Positions 37,401-48,215 of a stretch of 64,000 bases of DNA are shown one piece after another (the first letter of the stretch is position 1; every line of letters begins with the position of its first letter). The notes beneath the pieces were generated by a model, which saw only the letters and a program-made list of their open reading frames with translations, was not told the DNA's origin and ran no database searches. The DNA is taken from NCBI GenBank assembly GCA_030390025.1, contig CM059432.1, positions 97,590,001 to 97,654,000 of the forward strand, read 5' to 3'. The translations under genes and the position numbers were made by a program. This DNA comes from Squalus acanthias. Its lineage: Eukaryota.

Positions 37401-37745
37401 CCAACACACTCACTCTTTTATGCACCTTCTTCCTCTTTTCTACTCCTATATGCTGGTGCCCATCCCCCTGCCAAGCTAGTTTAAACCCTCCCCAACAGCA
37501 CTAGCAAACCTCCGCACGAGAATATTGGTCCCGGCTCTGTTGAGGTGTAACCCGTCCAGCTTGTTCAGTTCCCACCTTCCCCAGAAACGGTCCTAATGCC
37601 TCAGGAATCTAAAGCCCTCCCTCCTGCACCATCTCTCCAGCCACATATTCATCTGTTCTATCCTCCTATTCCTGTACTCACTAGCACGTGGCACCGGGAT
37701 TAATCCGGAGATTACTACCTTTGAGGTCCTGCTTTTTAATCTCAC
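34432..37745 (-). mobile_element. CR1 LINE truncated in the ORF1 esterase; ORF2 with stops and frameshifts
   Basis: Minus ORFs 37012-37425, 35773-36591, 35479-35739, 35209-35475, 34925-35218, 34506-34835. Confidence 0.95.
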
Positions 37746-38507
37746 CAATGCCACTTTCCCGGGGCGGCGCCTCAGCAATCCTAGTAATCTGCTGGAGGAT
37801 AGATTGCTGGACTGGTATGACACTCTGCAAGCCCCTTTCAACACTGGTAAGCGCAGCCATGATGGCAGCAGTCTGTGCTTGCATGACAGCAAGCTGAGCT
37901 TGCATGACTTCATTTTGAGCTTCCATTGTGGCACTCAGACATTGGGTGGCTTCTGCTTGTGCAGTGTGTGAGGCTAGTGGTGCCGTTTGTGGCATATGCC
38001 ATTTGAAGATTAATTCACTGGCCTTGGCCACTCGTGTGAGGTCATTAAACTTCTTCCTGCAAAGCATCCAGGTCCTCGGGGCTACACTGCTTGCTTTCTG
38101 CACCCATTCCCTTCTCAGTGTCTGTCTGGAGGGCCTCCTGGTCCCTTGTGGATACAGGACATCTCTCCTGCCGTCCACCTCCTGCACCAGGGCCTCGAGT
38201 GCTGCATCTGAAAATCTGGGAGCCCTCTCTCTGCCAGGTCTGCACAGAGCAGGATTAAAATGGAGTGCACTTAAACAGAGTGTTTTATTTGGGAATTTGG
38301 AAAGAGTGGGAATAGGAGAAGAGAAGGAAGGAGTTGTTGCTTATTGCCTACACTACTTGTAGTGCTTTGTGTTACAGGTAGATATTTAACTTCAGCACCC
38401 ATAACTTATTCTAGATTAAGTAAATAGTTAAGAAACTACACTGTAAACTAAGTTACCTAATTATAAATTTAATTAAATTTAATTAAACAAAACAAGGTCA
38501 TATAGGG

Positions 38508-39454
38508 ATGGCAGTGCAGGCGGTGTGCCGCAACTGCAGCATGTGGGAGTTTGTGGAGAGCATTGTGATCCCAGACAACCACGTTTGCAGTAAGTGCCTG
38601 CATCTTGAGGAACTTCAGCTTAGAGTTTTTGAGCTGGAGTCTGAGGTGCAGACATTGCAGGGCATCAGGGATGGGGAGAGTTACCTGGACACTTTAATCC
38701 AGGAGGCAGACACACCTTTTAGGTTCGGTAGTGGTACAGGTCTGGTTAGTGGTCAAGGACAGGAGGGTGTGACTGCAACTCCGGCAGGTAAGGGGACCCC
38801 AGGTGCAGTGCTGGAGGAGCCTCAGCCTTTGACCTTGTCAAACAGGTATGAGGTTCTTGCTGCCTGTGTGGATGAGGGAAAACCCTTCAGGATGGATGAG
38901 CAAGCTGACCGTAGCACCATGGTGCAGGAGGGGAGTGAAAGGGAATGTAGTTGTGGTAGGGGACAGTATAGTCAGGAGGATAGATACTGTTCTCTGCAGC
39001 CACGACTGAGAGTTCCGAATGTTGTTTTGCCTGCCAGGTGCCAGGGTTAAAGATAGCTCCTCACGGCTTGACGAAAACTTGGAGTGGGAGGGGGAGGATC
39101 CAGTTGTCGTGGTCCACGTAGGTACCAATGACATAGGTAGAACAAGCAATGAGGTTCTGCTGAGGGAGTTTGAGGAGCTAGGATCCGAATTAAAAAGCAG
39201 AACCTCAAAGGTAATAACCTCTGGATTGTTACCTGAGCCACACACAAATTGGCATAGGGACAAACAGAGTAGATGTTTAAATGCGTGGCTCAAAATGTGG
39301 GGTGAGATGAAGGGGGTTTCAGTTCATGGGGCACTGGCACCAGTACTGGGGAAAGAGGGAGCTGTTCCATTGGGATGGGCTCCACTTAAACCAGGGCTGG
39401 GACCAGTGTCCTGATGAACTGAATAACTAGGGCAGTAGATAGGGCTTTAAACTA
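38508..39454 (+). pseudogene. CR1 ORF1 (zinc finger/leucine zipper + esterase), frameshifted
   Basis: CRNCSMW..CSKC..LQLRVFELESEV, CLPGA, VHVGTND, VITSGLLP. Confidence 0.85.
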
Positions 39455-42433
39455 ATGAAAGGGGGATGGGAAGATTCAGGAAAGAGTAAATTTAACAGCA
39501 GCAAGAGAAATGTCAAGGCTCTAGAGCAGAATAAATTTCCAGGTAAAAATAAACAGAGTGGGTCAGGAAGGGAGAGAGAGAGTAGCAAAGGTAATAAGGC
39601 ATCAGTGACTAAGGTGACATCAGGGAAAAATAGAAGTAAGTCAAAGCTAAAGGCATTCTATCTGAATACACAAAGCATTCACAACAAAATAGATGAATTA
39701 ATAGTGCAGATAGAAATTAATAGGTTTGATCTAATAGCCATTACGGAGACGTGGCCAAGGTTGGGAACTAAATATTCCAGGATACTTAACTTTTAGAAGA
39801 GATAGGCAAAATGGAAAAGGAGGAGGGGTAGCCCTGATAATAACGGATGGGATAAAGACAGTAGAGAGAAAGGATCTTAGCTCTGAAAATCAAGAAGTAG
39901 AATCAGTTTGGGTGGAGCTAAGAAAGAGCAAGGGGCAGAAAACATTGGTGGGAGTTGTTTATAGGCCCCCCAACAGTAGTTGTAATGTAGGGCAGAGTAT
40001 AAATCAGGAAATTAGAGGCGCATGTAACAAGGGTAATACAGTAATCAAGGGGGACTTTAAGCTACATATGGACTGGGCAAATCAAATTTGCAGTAATAGT
40101 GTGGAGGATGAATTCATGGAATGTACACAAGATAGTTTTCTAGATCAGTATGTTGAGGAACCAACTAGGGAACAGGCTATTTTAGATCTAGTATTGTGCA
40201 ACGAGAAAGGGTTAATTAATAACCTTGTAGTAAAGGGGCCTTTAGGGAAGAGTGACCATAATATGATAGAATTTTATATTGAGTTTGAAAGTGATTTCGT
40301 TAAATCCGAAACTACCGTCTTAAATCTAAACAAAGCAAACTACGTAGGTATGAGGGGCGAGTTGGCTAAGGTAGATTGGGAAACTTCATTAAACAGTATG
40401 ATGGTAGAGAAGCAATGGCTAGCATTTAAAGAATTAATACATAATTTACAACAAATATACTTTCCTTTAAGGCACAAAAACCCCACAGGAAAAGTGGTCC
40501 AACCGTGGCTAACAAAAGAAGTTAAAGATAGTATTAGATCAAAGGAAGAGGCTTATAATGTTGCCAAAAAGAGTAGTAAGCTTGAGGATTGGGAGGATTT
40601 TAGAATTCAGCAAAGGAGGACCAAGAAATTGATAAAGAAAGGAAAAATAGAATATGAGAGTAAACTAGCGAGAGACATAAAAACAGATTTTAAAAGCTTC
40701 TATAGGTATGTAAAAAGGAAAAGATTAGCGAAAGTAAATGTGGGTCCCTTATAGGCTGAGACAGGAGAAATTATAATGAGGAATAAGGAAATGGCAGGAA
40801 AATTAAACATCTACTTTGTTCCTATCTTCACAGAAGAAGACACAAGAAACTTCCTGGAAATAATGGAGAACCAAGGGTCTAGCGAGAATGAGGAACTGAA
40901 AGAAATTAGTATTAGTAAAAAAAAGTACAAGAGAAAATAATGAGGCTGAAAGCCGATAAATCCCCTGGACCTGATGGCCTACATCCTAGGATTTTGAAAG
41001 AGGTGGCTACAGAGATAGTGGATGCATTTATTGTCATTTTCCAAAATTCCATAGATTCTAGAATGGTTCCTGTGGATTGGAAGGTGACAAATGTAGCCCC
41101 ACTATTTAAGAAAGGAGGGAGAGAGAAAATGGGGAACTACAGGCCAGTTAGCCTGACATCAGTAGTAGGGAAAATGCTAGAATCTATTATTAAGGATGTG
41201 GTAACAGGGCATTTGGAAAATAATACTAGGATTGGGCAGAGTCAACACGGATTTATGAAAGGGAAATCGTGTTTGACGAATCTGCTAGAGTTTTTTGAGG
41301 TTGTAACTAGTAGAATAGATAAGAGGGAACCAGTGGATAAGGTGCATTTGGATTTTCAGAAGGCATTTGATCAGGTGCCATACAAGAGGATAGTAAACAA
41401 AATTAGGGCTCATGGGATTGGGATAATATATTACCATGGATTGAGGATTGGTTAATGGACAGAAAACAATGGGTCATTTTCAGGTTGGCAAGCTGTAACT
41501 AGTGGGGTACCGCAAGGATCAGTGCTTGGGCCTCAGCTATTCACAATCTATACCAATGATTTGGATGAGGGGACCAAATGTAATATATCCAAGTTTGCTG
41601 AAGATACAAAACTGGGTGGGAATGTAAGTTATTAGGAGGATGCAAAGAGGCTTCAAGAGGATATAGAGAAGCTAACTGAGTGGGCAAGAACATGGCAAAT
41701 GGCATATAATGTGGAGAAATGTGAAGTTATCCACTTTGGTAGGAAAAATAGAAAAGCAGAGTATTTTTTAAATGGTGAGAGATTGGGAAATGTTGGTGTT
41801 CAGAGGGACCTGTGTGTTCTTGTACACAAATCACTGGAAGTTAACATGCAGGTACAGCAAGCAATTAGGAAAGCAAATGGTATGTTGGCCTTTATTACAA
41901 GAGGATTTGAGTATAAGAATAAAGATGTCTTACTACAATTATATAGGGCCCTGGTGAGCCAACACCTGGAGTATTGTGTACAGTTTTGGACTCCTTACCT
42001 AAGGAAGGATATACTTGCCATAGAGGAAGTGCAATGAAGATTTACCAGACTGATTCCTGGGATGGGGGGATTGTCCTATGAGGAGAGATTGAGTAGACTA
42101 GGCCTATATTCTCTAGAGTTTAGAAGAATGAGAGGTGATCTCATTGAAACATACAAAATTCTTACAGGGCTTGACAGGATAGATGCAGGGAGGATGTTTC
42201 CCCTGGCTGGGGAGTCTAGAACCAGAGGTCACAGTCTCAGAATAAGGGGTCGACCATTTAGGACTAAGATGAGGAGAAATGTTTTCACTCAGAGGGTGGT
42301 GAATCTTTGGAATTCTCTACCCCAGAGGGCTGTGGAGGCTCAGTCGTTGAGTATATTCAAGACAGAGATCGATAGATGTTTGGATATTAAGGGAATCAAG
42401 GGATATAGGGATAGTGCAGGAAAGTGGAGTTGA
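39455..42433 (+). pseudogene. CR1 ORF2 (APE + RT), multiple stops
   Basis: IAITETW, YRPP, GDF, SDH, YRPVSLTS, QHGF, DFQKAFD, RRMRGDLIE. Confidence 0.9.
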
Positions 42434-44600
42434 GGTAGAAGATCAGCCATGATCTTATTGAATGGCCTACTCCTGCTCCTATTTCTTACGTTCTTACGTT
42501 CTTATGTTGCGCCATCTTCACTCTTCCTGTAGGTCACACACACCTCTGCAATGACTTCCAGTACCTGCTGCAGCCAGAATGCACCTCCCCTTGAAGAGGT
42601 GCAGCCTGGCTTTATGAAGTGCAGACTCGCTTTAATTGGTGCTAGCCTCGCATGAACTTGGGCCCCCTGCTGAACGTGCAGCCACTCAGCAGCCCACTTA
42701 GTGCTGGGCTGCATGCCAAAATCATTATAATTAGCAGGCAGCATTAAGTTTGTGTGCTGCCTGCATTACTTTGAATGGGCGGGGGTTAATCGTGCATCGC
42801 AATCCCTGCGCCTGTTTTCGGGGGCAATCCAATTTTTAGCCCTGTTTGTCATTGGGATAACAGTTTTAATATTTTTAACATGACATTCATAGCAATTGTT
42901 ATTTGGATGTCATACTGATTTCAAGTTATATAAATGTCAAAATCACCTCCTTGTAGCATGACAGACAACAATTACACTGCAGCAATTTGATCTATTATCG
43001 CCATGTTTAAAGTGCAATAATCAGCATGTACCTTCAGAACATCCGCCTTTCAATTCTGCTTGTATTTTTCACCTAGATTTTGCTCAGCTTGAGAGTTTAT
43101 GAATTTACAAGTAATACTAATAACTCTTTGTGATTGTAAGAAGATGCAACTGAACTGTAAAGGTTCTTGCATGTTAAAGTGAGCGATAATACATTTAATT
43201 CACATTCCCAAACCAGGTCCAGCAATGAATGGATAAATGGTAAAATTCTCTCTACATTGCCCTAACAGTGCTTAATGCCAACAACCTTAGAAAGTGCCCT
43301 TTACTGCACTCTTGTGACATTTATATTCCACACACCAGCTGTCCTAATGGCCTCTGGGTAACACTGTCACTTTAGTGCCTATTAATGTACAATTAGGTTT
43401 TATGCTGTGGACTCATACCCATTAGTAACTAGTTTGACAATACTCATTTCAAATAGAACTACTGGCAGAGAAAGGAGTCTTGCCGCATCAGTCAGGCTGA
43501 AACTTGAACTCAGGCCTAGAAATTATTATTTTTTTAATTCATTCATGGAATGTGGACGTCAATGGCATTGTGCCCGTTTTTCAGGTGCAAAATGGACGTC
43601 TAAGTATCCACTATGACGGGTGGGTCATAGAATCATAAAATCATAGAATAGTACAGCACAGAAGGAGGCCATTCAGCCCATCAAGTCTGCTCCGGCTCTT
43701 TCAAAGAACAATCCAGTTAGTTCCACTCCCCTGCTCTTTCCCCATATCCCTGTAATTTTTTTCTCCTTCAAGTATTTATCTAATTCCCATTTGAAGGCTG
43801 CTATTGAATCTGTATCCACCACCCTATCAGACAGTGCATTCCAAATCCTAACCACTCGTTGCATAAGAAAGTTTTTCCTCATGTTGCCTCTGGTTCTTTT
43901 GCCAATCACCTTGAATCTGTGCCATCTGGTTATTGACCTTTCAGCCATTGGAAACAGTTTCTCTTTATTTACTCTATCTGAACCCTTCATGAGTTTAATT
44001 CCTCTATCAAATCTCCTCTTAGTCTTCTCTGCTCCAAGGAGAACAACCCCAGCTTTTCCAGTCTATCCACATAACTGTAATCCCTCATCCCTGGAACCAT
44101 TCTAGTAAATCTCTTCTGTACCCTCTCCAAAGCCTTCACGTCCTTCCTAAAGTGTGGTGCCCAGATTGGACACAATACTCCAGATGGGGCCGAACCAGTG
44201 TTTTATAAAGGTTCATCATAACTTCCTTGCTTTTGTACTCTATGGGGTAGAAATTAGGTCGCGCCCCATTTGGGGCGCAAATATCGTCCGCGCGCAAATA
44301 TTAGCGCCTGGCGCTAATTATCGGCACTGACAGGAAACTTCACTTTTACCGCCCCGGGAGGTGAGTGGAGCGCTAAATTAGGCGCTGCACACCTCTCTTA
44401 AGGCGCAAAGGCCTAGGAGTGAGGCGCTAACTCAGCGCACGAGCGCAGCGCAGCTGCTGCCAGTTAGCGAGGGAACACAGACACACTGGCGCCGGACACT
44501 TCTTAAAGCGGGGGGGGCCACTTGCTCCCCAGCCACACCCTGCTCATTGCAGCCTTGAATCTCAGCCTGGAGAGACCTGTAATCCATTTTGCTGCCAAGC

Positions 44601-46760
44601 ATGGAGAGGGTGAGAGAACGCGCTCATCGCTTCACCGAGCGGGCCTTGGATGCTCTGGTTGACGCAGTGGAGCGCAGACGATGCATGCTGTTCCCAGAGA
44701 GTGGCAGGAGGCCTTTGCCACGCGAGTTCAGAAGAGTGTGGAGGGAGGTGGCTCAGAGCGTCTCCTCCAGGAGCATGGTGCCCAGGACCCATGTCCAGTG
44801 CCGCAAAAAGTTCAACGACCTCACTCGGGTCGTCAGGGTGAGTGGCTTTTTCTCAATACCTCTCCATCCCTCCATCTCAACCTCACTCTATGGCCAGAGG
44901 GTCTGAAAACCCCAATGCACAACACTCATCCAACACCTATGGCCCTTTCATCAAACACACACACACATTCCACACTTTGCATACAGTAAGGGCTATTCAC
45001 CTATGGGAGGCACATCAGGCAAGACCATGGCTGCATACAGTAAGGGCTATTCACCTATGGGAGGCACATCAGGCAAGACCATGGCTGCATACAGTAAGGG
45101 CTATTCACCTATGGGAGGCACATCAGGCAAGACCATGGCTGCATACAGTAAGGGCTATTCACCTATGGGAGGCACATCAGGCAAGACCATGGCTGCATAT
45201 TGTAAGGGCTATTCACCTATGGGAGGCACATCAGGCAAGACCATGGCTGTATATTGACTCAGATGCTGTCCTTTTTCTTGCAGGCTAAGCTGGCTCATAA
45301 TCGGAGACAGCAGCAACGGACGGGTGGAGGGCGGCTTCAGCTGCAACCCCTCAGCGATCTGGAGGAGCGCGTCCACAGGATTGTGGCAAGCCGGGTGATC
45401 GGTCCCGTCGCCACTGGAGACGCCGACTCCGTTGTGGACAGCAATGGTAAGGTCATCACCTTTTTGTCCTCTGTCCTTCCACTTGTCCCTCACAATACCA
45501 GCCTTTGACACTTTCAATCCAACTTGCTAACTCGCTGCACTTATTCCTCCCTTACTGCCACCCTGTCCTCACGCTAAAGCCACTCTTGTACCTCCCTGCT
45601 TTCAGATGGTGATTCACCAGCTGAGGAGATGGTCCCTGAAGCTGCCACTGGGAGTGATGCTGCAGCTGAGGAGGAAGAGGAAGCCGGAGCATCAGTGCCA
45701 CCCTCTCCCGAGGAAGCCCATGGCCACACTGGGAACACGCCTTCCCCGGAGGGGAGCAGGGGGGAAGGGGCTGATGATGGTGAAGTTCCAGGACCCAGCG
45801 GGCTGCAGCAACGCCATGGGGGGGGGGAGGGAAGAACGGGGGAGCAGGGGGGAAGGGGCTGATGATGGTGAAGTTCCAGGACCCAGCGGGCTGCAGCAAC
45901 GCCATGGGGGGGGGAGGGAAGAACGGGGGAGCAGGGGGGAAGGGGCTGATGATGGTGAAGTTCCAGGACCCAGCGGGCTGCAGCAACGCCATGGGGGGGG
46001 GAGGGAAGAACGGGAGCCTTCTCCCCAGAGGGAGAGTATGCCAGACACTCCTAATGCAATGGACGCAGAGGAGGAGCGGATGATTGCAGAAATGAACAGC
46101 CAGGCGGTGGTCATGCACACTGAGCTCATGGGTGCAGTGGGAAGGGTGCCCGAATGCATTGAGGCACTGGCAAGGAGTGTGGAGCACTTCGCTGTAGCAC
46201 AGGCGGATGCCATACTAAAGCTTACTGCTGCAATTCAGTCACTGGCTGCCAGGAACCCATCTGAGCCTGCTCTCATGCAGACTCAGATTGAGGCCACGCG
46301 AGCACTGACTGCTGCCATCCTCGATGGTTCGTGCACATGTCCCCGGGGCTGTCACCGCGCCGCAGCAGGCCAGCAATCTGTTCTCAGGCAAATTGCTCCG
46401 GATGCTGAAGTGCTGCCCCGTGGGAGTGCCAGTGTGTCGGGCGAGCAGGGAGTTGCTGTCCTCTCTCACGATGACAGCATTCCTGCTGCCAACACTGTCA
46501 CTTCTCCACTGCACTTGCCACCGCCTGTAGGACAGACTGCTGCCGCCCATGCAGAGTTGGTGCAGTCTGCAGCCGGGCCCTCCAGGCCCAGAAGTGGTCG
46601 AGGCCGTCCTTCAGGGGCATCTGCAGTGTCAGGGTCTGACAAGCAGCAGCCTTCCACCAGCCTTGCTGCAGCCACTGAGGTCCCATTACGGAGGAGCAGT
46701 AGGGTTAGAAGGGGGGAAGTGCGCAAGGGAAGGAGATCACCCTCGAAGGGCAAAAAGTAG
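44601..46760 (+). CDS. Harbinger Myb/SANT-like DNA-binding protein, 3 exons (44601-44837, 45284-45446, 45606-46760), +1 G in a homopolymer at ~45818-45827
   Basis: RF....L..LV..V, W..VA and QCRKKFNDL trihelix motifs. GT-AG introns with compatible phases (0 and 1). Basic C-terminus resembling an NLS. Confidence 0.85.
44978..45250 (+). repeat. 54-bp minisatellite, 5 copies, in Myb intron 1
   Basis: Unit TGCATACAGTAAGGGCTATTCACCTATGGGAGGCACATCAGGCAAGACCATGGC. Confidence 0.95.
45751..46017 (+). repeat. 87-bp coding tandem repeat, 3 copies (29 aa)
   Basis: GSRGEGADDGEVPGPSGLQQRHGGGREER repeated; G runs of 10, 9 and 9. Confidence 0.95.
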
Positions 46761-47054
46761 GAGGTGTGCCAAAATGCTGGTCATTTTTTTATTAAAGGCC
46801 GAGGTTCATGGCCCAACTTTTGTTTAGTGTTTTGGACATTATCTCCAGGTTGTGAGAACCAGTTATGTTATTGACTGTTTTTTTGTGTTTATTTCTATGA
46901 GTTTGTCATGAGGAATTGACACACACAGAGTTTGTACAATAAATAAGTTTCTGTATTCAAAATATACATGGCTGGTGGTTGGAATTATTGGTGCCTTGGC
47001 CGGCTTAGGGGTTGCGTGCTGGGTTGATTCGTGTTTGTAGCACTGGCAGGGGCC

Positions 47055-48215
47055 CTAGAAGCGGCTTGCTATTAGTCGTTGACGGACGGCCCTTGCAGTT
47101 TGACCATTGTGGGCCGCCCTCCTGCCTTGGTGCTGCTGCTGATCATCGTCCTCGGCCTGTTCCTCCTCTTCCTCCTCCTCCTCTTGTGGTGCTGCAAGGC
47201 CTGGTGGCATTGGCTGCGTCCTGAGGATTGCCATGTTGTGCAACATGCAGCACACCACTACGAATTTGGAAACTTGCTCAGGCGAGTACTGCAGGGCTCC
47301 TCCGGAATGGTCCAGACAGCGGAATCGTTGTTTGAGCACGCCGATTGTGCGCTCAATAATGTTCCTCGTTGCTTGTTGGCTTTCCTGGTACCGCAGCTCA
47401 GCAGGGGTGTTTGGCGCACGGAGCGGTGTCATCAGCCAGGTGCTCAATGCGTACCCCTTGTCCCCCAGAAGCCAACCAACTGGCTGATGCGGTGCCTCGA
47501 AAATTTCTGCCACAGTACTCTGGCGCAGGATGAAAGCATCGTGGCAGCTGCCCGGATAGTGGGCATTGACAGCGAGAATCACCTGTCTGTGGTCACAGAC
47601 CAACTGCACATTCAAGGAATGGAACCCCTTTCTGTTCCGGAACTCCTCTGCATTCTCTCGCGGAGCACGCAAAGCCACATGCGTGCAGTCAATGGCGCCC
47701 TGCACCATGGGGAAGCCCGCTACCCTCGCAAAGCCCATAGCACGGTCATGCTGCTTGTCTGGGGTCATAGGGAAGGAGATGAAGTCTCGTCTCCTTGTGA
47801 AGAGGGCATTGGTGACCTGCCGGATGCAGCGATGCACCGCAAACTGGGAGATATTGGCGAGGTCCCCAACAGCAGCTTGGAATGAGCCAGTGGCGTAGAA
47901 GTTCAAGGCCACTGTGACCTTCACTGCCACCGACAGAGACGTCCTGGACCTCAGCTGAGGCTGCAGATCTGGCTGCAGCAGGTGGCAGAGCTCAGTGACC
48001 ACCTCCTTGCTGAATCGCAGCCTTCGCAAACACAGCTCCTCGGACATGTGGATGTAGGAGAACTGTTCACGATATACCCTGGGAGGGTAAGCTCTCCTGT
48101 ACATGCGCCTGATGGGCCTCCTCCGTCTGGCCATCATTGCCACTCTCTGTCTGCGTCTCACTCTGCTCCGATTGAGCTGGAGCAGGACGACGCCCCCAAT
48201 CATTGCAGCCCCCAT
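47055..48215 (-). CDS. Harbinger DDE transposase (HARBI1-like), 386 aa, uninterrupted
   Basis: [57 protein letters not shown], acidic tail. Confidence 0.95.
   Translation of the reverse strand: MGAAMIGGVVLLQLNRSRVRRRQRVAMMARRRRPIRRMYRRAYPPRVYREQFSYIHMSEELCLRRLRFSKEVVTELCHLLQPDLQPQLRSRTSLSVAVKVTVALNFYATGSFQAAVGDLANISQFAVHRCIRQVTNALFTRRRDFISFPMTPDKQHDRAMGFARVAGFPMVQGAIDCTHVALRAPRENAEEFRNRKGFHSLNVQLVCDHRQVILAVNAHYPGSCHDAFILRQSTVAEIFEAPHQPVGWLLGDKGYALSTWLMTPLRAPNTPAELRYQESQQATRNIIERTIGVLKQRFRCLDHSGGALQYSPEQVSKFVVVCCMLHNMAILRTQPMPPGLAAPQEEEEEEEEQAEDDDQQQHQGRRAAHNGQTARAVRQRLIASRF

Larger units (their letters stand above)
38237..42504 (+). mobile_element. Apparently full-length decayed CR1 LINE (5' UTR, ORF1, ORF2, tail)
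   Basis: ORF1 CxxC..CxxC + leucine zipper + SGNH-like esterase. ORF2 APE+RT fragments. Tail (TTCTTACG)n. Confidence 0.95.
34100..42841 (-). mobile_element. Old Harbinger (Myb-gene side) split into three pieces by two CR1 insertions
   Basis: Pieces 42505-42841 (TIR + ATG), 37746-38236 (ERAPRFSDAALEAL..CRKKFNDL, ..PRESG) and ~34100-34431 (GSVEDEPAVLSQDDS) rejoin colinearly with the 44601-46760 gene. Confidence 0.75.

Noticed and set aside
44978..45250. Regular repeats suggestive of a CRISPR array or repeat protein (also 9719-9930)
   Set aside because: Units are head-to-tail with no spacers, lie inside a GT-AG intron, and are in a eukaryotic context.
45606..46760. 384-aa ORF as a standalone gene
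   Set aside because: It is exon 3 of the Myb gene. Its first ~70 aa are out of frame and are joined only through the extra G.
47079..47885. Long antisense ORFs over the transposase, RT and Penelope regions
   Set aside because: These are shadow ORFs of GC-rich coding sequence with no recognisable motifs.
47055..48215. Domesticated host HARBI1 gene
   Set aside because: It lies between TIRs with a TSD and has decayed paralogues nearby, so it is a transposon gene.
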